Assembly (NCBI GenBank): GCA_000165425.1
Contig: CT868660.1
Span: 434,001-498,000 of the forward strand
Source: Paramecium tetraurelia
Taxonomy: Eukaryota
Direction: 5' to 3'
DNA: 64,000 bases
The stretch's first letter is position 1; each line of letters begins with the position of its first letter. This document shows, one piece after another, positions 29,216 through 39,912 of the stretch. A model generated the notes under the pieces. That model was not told the DNA's origin. It ran no database searches and was given only the letters and a program-made list of their open reading frames with translations. The translations under genes were made by a program, and so were the position numbers.

Positions 29216-30892
29216 CAAATTGAAAAGTACATGTTTCTAAGGTATAAGTTCATAAAAAAGAACATATACAAGAAAATAAAAATTATCAAAGAATAAAAAT
29301 ATAATAGAAAAAAGCATGCAATCTTCAAAGAGTTGTTAAAGAGTCTGTATTTTATTTTCTAAAATCTTGTCTAAAGACCTTAAACAGATAATATAAAAAT
29401 AAATTTAACACATCTAATTTCAATTGTCAATCATAAAATAATTAAATTACACATAAATTATTTATATCATTCTTACTTATAAAATTATGCTATTATTTAA
29501 ATAACATTTATAAATGCAACAACTAGGCTATCTGTTGATCTATCATAATATAACAATACTGGCCATATGGGTAAAGAAAGAAGCTTGATTATTTATTAAT
29601 TTTTTACATATATCTACAAAAGACGAGAGAATATTAAATTCTACTAATGGATGTGTTAAGTAATAAACAATGTAACTATACTTAATAGACATACTGTAAT
29701 ATTGAAATTTTCTAGATTGTATTTATATTGAAATAACTAGTGCAAAAGCAAAGGTGAGTATGATATAAGCAAGTCAAATATTTATTTCCCTGCAAATGCT
29801 TAGACATAAAGTTTAATGTTGAAATTCATTTCAGTATCGAATAAGAATAGCATTAATAACAATTTGTAATACCTAATTATTTAATCTTTATACCACTTCT
29901 ATGTTATAAATAGTCCAACAACCACTAATATATATCTTAAATATGTGACTTGTTACTCCTATTCAATTATAAGTAATGCTAAATATACTAAACTAATAAC
30001 AATATATGTATAAATGTAAATTTCTGTTTGGGCTTCAAATGCATATATCAATAATGGAATATACAACAATGTTAATTATTTTGTGCTAATTTAATAATTA
30101 ATATGATGTACTTATGGTTTTATGAATCAAAAATGTAAAAGCTTAAAAATATTATTAAATTATGATAGATTCCATACTCGTAATCAAGGTAAGTGATGAT
30201 GAACTATTCAGCCAAAAAACTATAAGAATAGATCTTTTGTTCATTTATGAAATTCGGTAATATTGCTACAGTCAACATTGCTCTAATATCGAAATTCAAT
30301 AAGCATAACATAAATTTGATTGATGAGATGACTATTTTGAACAGAGTTGTATTATAATCTGATTTATAATAATATTATAAGAAAGCAGTATTTAACAATT
30401 ATGCAGTGTCTTTTGAATAGTTAACATTCTAGTACAATTGTATTTTGGTATTGCTATATAACACAAAGTTATACAGCCAATATGAAAATATTCATATTTT
30501 TTAAGGCTCTGCGCATTTTATTTGATAACATTTTAAATGTGAATGCTATGATGATTGTCGATCTATGCATTATATGAACTTCTTGGAGGAGGAATTGGCT
30601 TTTTCGGTAATCGTTTGATAATATCGCTATTGATTAAATCTGTTAGAATTAAATAGGGGATGATTCCCACACTCACCATATCAAAATTCAAAATGGTCAA
30701 TACCACTTAAAATGGAATGATCATCCATAAGCTTTTAGGAAATAATTGGTCGCTACTGGTATACATACATGCATAAAGACTGCTTATGACTGCCATAATG
30801 CATAAGAAATAGAGCACTCCTTATTCATAGATGAATTAAGCAAACATTCCCAAAATTATTTGCCCTGGTATTGCATATAATTGTATATACAT
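29216..30892 (-). CDS. Hypothetical multi-pass membrane protein (3' end uncertain)
   Basis: Starts MYIQLYAIPGQIILGMFAQFIYEQGVLYFLCIMAVISSLYAC; long TGA-free hydrophobic frame to ~29545, probably extended further by introns. Confidence 0.45.
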
Positions 30893-30905
30893 TATATTTA
30901 TTAAA

Positions 30906-31294
30906 TCACTTCTTCATTCTAATTTCTATGATTGATTAATCCTTTAAATTTTGAATGTCATTCAAAGAGAAGAATTCTGGCATTATCTTTCCTTAGAAAA
31001 ACAGGTCCTAAATTATTTTAATCCTAATTGCTATACAAAATCGTTTCTTCCGCAGTCTATTTTTTCAGCCACGCATTTCTTAGCCCATTCAACATCTTAT
31101 CCAACTTTAAACTAACTTATTATGAGATTATAAGTTTTACCTCTAAATCATAATAGGTCTCCCCCAATTGAAATTTTAACTAGCTCATTCAATATATATA
31201 ATACCTTGATGCTTTATCCAGCAAATAAATCATTTTCTTATTCAAAAGTCATTACATTAGCATTTTAAAAATTAAGACTGAAACCCTTAGACAT
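30906..31294 (-). CDS. Small ubiquitin-like domain protein (~100 aa, 3 introns)
   Basis: MSKGFSLNF...SIKLKFQLGETYYDLEFKVGQDVEWAKKCVAEKIDCGRNDFDLFFQGKIMPEFFSLNDIQNLKDQSIIEIRMKK*. Beta-grasp pattern. Confidence 0.65.
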
Positions 31295-31355
31295 TTTCTA
31301 TATTTATTAATATCATAATGCAATTCAAAAAGAATGTTAACAATTAAAATCAATC

Positions 31356-31781
31356 TCATTATTAGCAACTTATCATTTACGATAACAGTAGTGATTTCAT
31401 TCTAATTAAGAACCTTTCCATCTTGTCTATAGTCGATTTTATTTCTTGGCAATTTTATAATTGTCTAAAAATGAACCCCTTATTTGCTTATTATATAGAC
31501 TCATTTATAAACTATTCAAGCAACCCTTTAAGATGCAAGTTTACTTCAGGAACTGATTTTTTCATTTTGCCATTCTTCTTAATTTTTCTCCTTAGAATCT
31601 ATTATCCATTTTCTACAAGTTCAAAACGATTATTTTGTTATGTAGCTTTTAAATGCTATTTAAGTTATTTCTTTTATGAGGAAAACTCGTATGCAGGGTC
31701 TATATACTAGGTTTTCCAATAACATTGTTCATTAGCACATTGGCTATCTCCATCATCAATTCCGATTAAGTAATTTTTCAT
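31356..31781 (-). CDS. Hypothetical protein (~141 aa)
   Basis: Intronless table-6 ORF MKNYLIGIDDGDSQCANEQCYWK...KMERFLIRMKSLLLSQMISCQQ*. Confidence 0.55.
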
Positions 31782-32991
31782 CTTTTCAATTTTAAACTTT
31801 ATTTTTATTTTAAATTAGCACTTTAAAACTCTTTGTTATTTATTTCTACAGAAAAAAGATTATTCAAAGAAACAATTTTTTTTTGGATATGAATAATTTA
31901 ATAAATATGGACATTTTCAGAAAATAATACAGAGTGTTTTTATTTTTATTCTTTACTTATATTTTACATAAAAATTATTTATAATTTATGATTCTAAAAG
32001 TGAAACATTATATAATCTCTTAAGAAATGTCTCTGTGTTTTCAAATAAGAAATTAGTACAAAAATAATCGTAATAATAATTAAATTATTTTTCATAAAGG
32101 CTTTAATATAAAATAGAAATAGCATTTCAATCTTATATCTCAGTCGCTTGAATATTTTTATGCTTAGCATTTAAATAAGGTCTTAATATTATTGATTAAT
32201 GAAGATATAGATTATTCTGTCCTTGATAATTTCTTTCAACATTTAATATTTATTTAAATTTACAATCTTAAAGGGTTTATTATAGGAGTGCATCTTCCCT
32301 ATTATTCTTATGAGAAATTAGACTTTATTTATCATAAAGAGACATCTGATGTAAAATTTCATAAAGATTCATTAAGAAATCAAACATAAATTTGAAAATT
32401 TAGAATGTAGTATTATTTTATAAAGTTAAACCTATTGTATTTTGAAGACTGATATCAGAACCATTGAAATTAATTAAATATCCTTTTAAACTACTCCTTA
32501 TTCTGTATCTCATTTAAAAAAATAAATTAATAGATGAGATATAATTACAATTTATGAATTTAGATAAAATTATTAAGAAAATAAAAATTGAAAAAAATTC
32601 TAATTTTTAAACTGAGTATGATTAAGAAAATAGATAACTAGTTAGTTATCCATTAGAGCATTCGAATATTAGTAAAATATTTCTATTTTTTAAAACATTA
32701 TACTTGCTTTCTTCCCAAAAATATTATGGAATTCAATATTATCGATTTAACTAAAGGTCAAATTGATTATAATATGATGTTTATAATTCTTTTGAACAAC
32801 TTTGAAAGATTATTATTCAACAATATTATTATATTTAGGGAGAAAATATAATATTGATAAATAAATTTATACCTCTCTTATTGGTTGAATAAATTCTTTG
32901 GTCTGAATTATAAAATAGATGGAGATTTTGAAATTAGAAAATTATGATTAGTTCAGTCTTTATTTTATTAATAATTATTTTAACGAATAGA

Positions 32992-34829
32992 ATGAGTTCT
33001 TAATCAATTTCATCTTCAGATTTATCAGATTCAGATGAAATGACTTTCATAAAAAGTGATTAAGAAAGAATATTAAAAAATTCAAACATATTAAAGAATG
33101 ATAATAATGAAAGCAAGAGTTGTTAAAGGCATCCAAATAAAAAAGTAATTTATTGTTAAAATTTAGGCAAAATTTTATGTCTAACAAAATAGTGGTTAAT
33201 TGTTTTGTTCAAAATGTGCTTTAAATTTAGCGTTATAAGGCCTTTAGATAGAAGAAACATAAGAGGGAGAGTTGGAAATGTAAAGGAAAGATAAAATCAA
33301 TAATTTTTAGAAAGATTTACATCAGGCTCTTTAATAATGTGAATAACAATTAGTTAACTTGAATGATACTAGAGATAAATTAATAAGATAATGGGAAGAA
33401 TAGAATATTAATTGTGAAGAATTTTTTAATGTGGTTCAAAAGACAATTAATTAGTTAAGGTAAACATACTAGCAGAAATTCCAAAATGACTATACAAGTT
33501 CTTAAAATCAAGTTTAGGAGTAAGTAGAGAATATAAAGCAATTAATATAATAGTTGAAACAATTTTCCATTGATATTTTTACAAATCATGATAACATAGT
33601 TAAAAAAATGGAAATGAAACCTTTTGATGAGATTATGCTAAAATATTAAAAAAAAGTAGATGAAGTAAATTGTCAATTATTTAATAATCAATATTAAGTA
33701 TCTTTAAAGTAACTAAATATTGATTAAAATTAAATTCTAACTTTTATGAATAAAATGTGTTATAATTTGCTACTTAAAAATGATACCTTTGAATATCATT
33801 AAAAAACTATGACTAGTTAACAAAATTTTGAATGTAATTTATCTAATAATTAAAAATATCTTGAGTTAATTGAAAATGAGGAAATTCACAATCCTATCTC
33901 TACTATGAATAATATGCAATTGCAATCTCCAATTCGTTCATAATTTAGTAAGTTTGATTCTATAAATTCAAATCCTGTCAGAAGTAATGCAAACACACCT
34001 GAAAGCTGGAAATAAAAGCCAAGTTTGAGAAGAGATAACATAACACCAAGCGATAAAATCTCGTATTAAAATAGTTCTCGTGTTTTGGAGTAGGTTAGTT
34101 CAAAAAAAGCCCTACAAAAATAATTAATTGATAAATACTCTTATTAATATAATGAAAAATAGAAAACTACAACTGATTATGAAAGAATAAGTGAAAAATC
34201 TTGTTCAATATTAAATAACAATCTAAGTTGTTTTCAAATATAAAAATTTCTAAAAGAAGCTGAAAGAGGCAGTCTTGAAGACAGATAATTAACTCCAAAA
34301 TAAAAAGTGATTCCTGCTAGTAAATCGATTATTTATAGTCAAAACTACAATAATTAAATTAAAAATAATTCGAATTAAAGATGTATTTATATTAATGTTA
34401 AGTCTAGCTTAGTAAAATTTGATATAAAATTATATCCATAAGTAATAATATGGTTCAGTTCCGAATTTAAAATAAGCTTCTCAATAGTAATAACAGAGCG
34501 ACCCTGTATAATTCCATCGACACCAGGAAGGACATTTAAGGTCTAAATCAAAATAAATTAAACCTTAATCAATTGAATAGGATAGTAAAAGACAATTTAT
34601 TATGAATGCTGGAGTCAATTCAGTAACATTGCTTTAAAATGAAGACACCTTAAAAGATAAAATATTAAAAGAATTATGTAGTCATCCAACTGAATCCATT
34701 TATGGTCAAGTATTAAAAAATCATCAATAAAAACTAAAAAATTATAGACCAACAAGCAAAGAAAATATTGAATGGACTTCTTAGAAAAATAGAACAATAG
34801 GATAAAATACAAATAAGAAATTATTATGA
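32992..34829 (+). CDS. B-box-like finger and coiled-coil hypothetical protein
   Basis: Starts MSSQSISSSDLSDSDE; CQRHPNKKAKFYV...FCSKCAL; coiled coil; Ser/Asn-rich tail; ends NKKLL*. Confidence 0.65.
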
Positions 34830-35231
34830 TTTATAAATTTCAAAATAAATCTCCAAGTATTCTTTATTATTTTCACACTATTTTCTGATTCTCTTTAAAA
34901 AGTTGAAAGATTTTAAAAATAAATATTGTTTGTCTAAAATAATTCTTTTTTGATTTCCATAATCTTTTCTTTTATTATAATAACATTACTACAAAAATTA
35001 AAATTTCACTCTGGTTTTAGGTATATTAGTAATACTATCTAATTTAAAAAATAATGACTTTTTATTTCTGTTTGCATCTAATTTCTAAAAATCAAAAGGA
35101 ATTAACTTTTAAAATAAAAAATCACAACAACCTAACAAATCTATAGATTTTATAAGAAGATTATAAGGAAAATCGAAGATATAGTATAAGTATTGTGAAT
35201 AATATTAAATAAGATAATGGAGGTATTATAG

Positions 35232-36543
35232 ATGGAAAATTTGAAGGGCAAAAACAATTGATAAAATGGTGTTGTAATATATTATGGAAACTTTATGGAT
35301 GGATCGAAATAAGGAAAAAAAAAAGAACTTATTATCTACCTTTGTCATAATATTCTTTTATTTTAGATTTGAAGTAAAATTGTAAAAAGGTTGTTAAAGT
35401 GATATAAATATTTTCTTATTAGAGATTAATTATTTAATATTTTGTAGAATAAATCAAATATCATACTTGAAATTTTTCTATTGAATGAAGCAATAATTTT
35501 AGAGTATTTGTAAGGGTGTTTTTAATTTTTCAATTCACCTTAAACTTAATATTATTTTATTTTTAGTAATTATTTTATTGTAAATACTTTAATTCGTAAA
35601 GTAATAAAGTAATTAATATTTTCTGATGGATCATCATTTGTAAAACATATAAAAAATGAATACACAATTTCAAGAACTTTAAATTATAAATTTATAGTAA
35701 CTTAATCTATTTATAAGATAAAAATGCTTAGTTTGATTAAGATGAAAGAATTTTCTATATCTTTTAGGAATAAATGCCAGGGGTGTTCTATATAGCAATA
35801 TACAAAGAAGAAAGTTTGATAATGATGCTGCAGTGTAAGGTTATTATATTAAAATCAGATTTTATGCTGCCTAGGTTGTTCTTTTTCTTGAATATTTGCA
35901 TTCAAACCGTATATTATATCGGAGTTTGAATTCATAGCATTTAATGATTGGATCTGATGATTACCTAAGATAAATTGTTTTTATTTTACAGTATTACACG
36001 AAAGAAAAAGAACAGCTTCATCTATAGGGCATATAGAGTATTCTGCTCCAGAAGTTTTAGATAATTTAGGTAAAATAATTATGTAACATAAGGACACACA
36101 TTCTCCTCTGATTGGTGGTCATTGGGAGTGCTCATTTTTGAAATGTTGGATAGACTGCGTCCTTTTGAGAGGGGTGAAGATGATCTTTTTGATCTTCTCA
36201 GAAAAATTCAATATGGATAATACAAAATGCATAATTATTTTTCAAAGTAAATAATTAATTCCTTATCAAAAAATTTGATTTACAACTTGTTATAAGTTAA
36301 ACCATGGGATAGGGTTGGAAATCTTAGAGGAGGAATAAATGATATCCAAAACCATATGGTTTAAGAATATTGATTGGAAAAATTAGTACAAAAACAAATG
36401 AATCCTCCATTTATACCAAATATTGAGTAAAGAATTTATATATAACCAAGTGTAGGAGATATTTCTCATTATTTAAGATATAATGAAAGTGAAAAGTTAC
36501 TTTTATCTGAACGACAAGTATGGGATCCTTTTGCAATATGTAA
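35232..36543 (+). pseudogene. Decayed AGC/PKA catalytic-subunit-like kinase pseudogene
   Basis: Relict motifs FYAAQVVLFLEYLH, YRSLNSQH (for YRDLKPEN), EYSAPEV, DWWSLGVLIFEM, RVGNLRGGINDIQNH/WFKNIDW, PPFIP. Small deletions at ~36356 and ~36380, in-frame TGA 36371-36373, lost splice acceptor ~36260. Confidence 0.8.
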
Positions 36544-37221
36544 TAGTTGAAATATTCTAAATAAACAAAAATCAAGATATAAAATAATTATTAATTCTTC
36601 TTACTAATGAATAATAATTCTTGAATGTACTAATCGATTTTGTATAAGTCAGTCATAATAGTTTATCAATTTATCCTAGTGTAATTTTAAGAAAAAAATG
36701 ATTAAAAATTTAGTAGATAATTTTTGAATTTTAATAGAATATTTGGAAACTCTAATTAAAACAATTATAATTATTCTTAATATATTTGAATTAAATTTTT
36801 AATAATCATGAATTCAATTTACTAGTCATACCATATAAAGACATAGAAAAGTTCACCCATAATAACTGGATAAGTGAATAAATTTAGTATAATTATATGC
36901 CTTGTTGATGTTAAAATGAAAAACTTCAAATTCCAATCAAGAGCCTGGTAAGAATAATTTGGTATATTTGGTTTTCTTATACAAGATTTGATATTCATTT
37001 TCTTATACAAATTAAACCTCTTTATTCAACATCTCTTGGCAAGTCTAATAGTAAATGCGTTAAAGAATTTTTATGATAAGGACAAAAAAAAATCTTAATT
37101 TATTTATTAATAAATAATAAAAGGATATTGATATTTATTTAATCTATTTATTTCCAAGATAAATAAACAGCATAAATAAGATCGAAAGTCTTGTAAAATA
37201 TATTAATAAAATATTGTAGAA

Positions 37222-39433
37222 ATGAAACAGGAAGCTCTGAGCAATTCAGTAGCTTAGATAAGTGGAAATTCTTAATCAACTCAAATGCTAGAAGAGATAG
37301 AAAAATATAATTGTTATTGGAAATAGGAAATTATTTTGAGTGATTGTGAAGAATAGTTTATTCAAATTGCATCTGATGATGAAAGAGATTGTGCTGCGAC
37401 AATAAACTTTGGAAAAGCTGTTAATATTTAATAAGCGGATATTAATTAAATAACAGAGATCTTAAACTATTTAGATACGCCATAGCTAAAGATGACTTCT
37501 TTATAGAGTCCTTAAAATGTTTTGAACTATTTTTTGCCAAGTAGTTTTGTATCTACACTTACGGAGATGATCAATCATTATCTTTTAACGGTGTTATAGG
37601 AGGATCTAAAACAATAACAATAATAAACGCAATAAATTTATCACAAGAAGAAATATAAAGAAGCTGAGATTTAATTTTATTTAGGGTTACAAATTTTATT
37701 TGGAGTTTATAGATTTCCATAATTGGATGATTATTGGAATGCTGAGTCTTGGTTAAGAGGAGGAGTAGAAGTTACAATGCCAATAGGTAGATTTAAGTTT
37801 GTGGATCTTCATATTTTTTCATATTTTGATGAAGTATAAAGAGCAAAGTTATAATTGGAAGTTAGAAAGTTTTCTAAGAAATTAAAAGCACTTTATAATC
37901 CTGATTAAGAGTTAATAGTGGTAGAGTAAAATCAAAAAGCATACAATGCATACTACATTTTTGACTATGATAGCTCTTAAATTATAGATTTATTGGTAGT
38001 GTGCAACAATGTGAAAAATGAAGACAGAATTAATAGAGTAATGAGGATGCTCTACAAGTATTCAAATCAAAATCATGTTACATACATAATGTTCTATCTG
38101 AGTTTGGAAAGGATAATTCAATTAGTGGATTAATCCATATTTCCAGTTATTCGTTACAAGAACATAACTCATAATTTAATTCAAATGCTCCAGGACGGAG
38201 ACTACCAGCTGGATTAATTATTTTTAGTTAAATAAGGCACTTAAGTGGATGTTTTCCCTTAAAGACGCCTGATATCAAGTAGACATTATATGACTTCCTA
38301 TGAAAAAATCTAAGAGTAATTGCAAGAACATATAATAAATCTTTAGCAATTTCGAAGTAACTTTTATTAATCGTCGTAATTAAATAATACTGAGAGTTTC
38401 CATTAACTAAGAATTGAATTTGAGGAATATTTCGAAATTATGATTCATAATACCTTCTTACTAATTCAACAAACATCTCCATCTTAATACAGACATGATC
38501 TAGCTAAAGTTCTTCTGAATGAAAAGGGATAACAGATTGAGAGAGATCGTAATGAAGCCAAACGAAAACTAAATGTCACATACAAAGAAAATTCCTCGAA
38601 TACAGATCATTTGTCCTTTGGATTGTAAAGACAGTATGCCGATCAATTTCATACACCAATACCTTAAAAACAAGAAGATACCTTCAAATATTGTTTAGTT
38701 TGTATGAAATTTGAAGGTTTGACCAAACCATATTATAGATGTCAATTATGTGAAAAAATATTGAATGTAAATAAGATTTTTTTATGTCCTTTTCCTTGTT
38801 TTGAATTATTTCATAAGAATCCAAGCGATTTCGTGGATTGCGATATGAAAATGCTTGAACCCCTTGGAGATGGAGTATATTTTAAGAATGAATCCACTAT
38901 GCAACTAGTTAGTAATGGATAAGAAGAAGATGCTAGTGGGAAAAAAAGAAAATATAATAAACCTCCACCTAGAACCTATTGGTCATTCAATAAAGAGATT
39001 TATAGATAAGCAAATATCAATGATGATCAAAATTTGAATGACATCTTAAATACTTTTAAAAAACCCTAAGCAACCTGCTCCTTCACCTAATTTGCTATAG
39101 CCTATTGTCCCTTAAATAAAATAGTAATAGAAATCAACTTTGGGGCACAAAAAGGATATGAAAGATATTGATTATCTTTTAAATTAAGAAAAAGAGTAAA
39201 AGGATAAGTTAATGAAGGAAATGTAGGAAAGGGACAAATAATTACAAGAACAATACTTTTAATAGCAATATGAGAAATAATTGTAAAGAGAATTGGAAAC
39301 AAAAAAGAGCAAAAAGGCCCAAAAGGAAAGTGAAAAGAAGAAACAGTTAGAAGAACAACTAAAGAACGTTAGTCCTCTTGAGAAGTTCATGGAACAAATA
39401 AATAGGAGAGCTAAGGTAGAGGATGTTGAATGA
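37222..39433 (+). CDS. PGML: Domesticated piggyBac transposase, PiggyMac-like (PgmL family), predicted catalytically inactive; Cys-rich domain and coiled-coil tail; apparent +1 frameshift at ~39064
   Basis: DDE_Tnp_1_7-like blocks SPQNVLNYFLPSSF, EIQFYLGLQILFG..DDYW, MPIGRF, LYNPDQELIVVE, IMIHNTFLL..YRHDLAKVLL. Cys-rich domain FHTP..CLVC-x12-CQLC-x11-CPFPC-x4-H. E/K/Q-rich tail. No terminal inverted repeats seen. Confidence 0.85.
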
Positions 39434-39513
39434 TATTTTATTGGCAATTATTGATATATATATAATTAGCATTAGTTTATTTAAGAAATACTGAATTTTT
39501 GTATATAATATTA

Positions 39514-39894
39514 TCATCTATTGTAGAATAGACCTCCATAATTCCTAGAATATCCATTAGTAGTGCTTTTGCTATGATAATCATTCAAAACATAATTGCT
39601 TTTTTTTAATCCTGATTAAACAGCTACGGTAGGGTCGTATTATTTCAATACTCCTAATTCTTTTAATTTATAGACATTTTATTCGAGTAGTTTATTGTTT
39701 ATGATCAAATTTGCGTCTTCTAAGATTGAATCTAATATGTCTCCTTATTTCCTGTTTAAATAGCTTCTACTAGATTGATTCTCAACAATCAAGGTATCTT
39801 TTAACTTCTTGAATGCAGGATTTGAATTGGCCATAGAACAAGACCTTCGATTATTTATTTATAAATAAGGCAGTTTCTCTTAGGAAGATTACAT
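39514..39894 (-). CDS. Small hypothetical protein (~126 aa) ending in a TNGYSRNYGGLFY motif, possibly axonemal
   Basis: Intronless table-6 ORF MQSSQEKLPYLQ...NDYHSKSTTNGYSRNYGGLFYNR*. Confidence 0.6.
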
Positions 39895-39912
39895 TAAATT
39901 AATTATTCAAAA

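Noticed and set aside
36808..37131. ~107-codon table-6 ORF just upstream of the PgmL gene
   Set aside because: No recognisable motif, and TGA-free stretches of this length arise by chance with a single stop codon.
36800..39600. Autonomous piggyBac transposon
   Set aside because: No terminal inverted repeats found, catalytic Asp residues absent and host genes lie close by. TTAA is too common in this AT-rich DNA to be informative.
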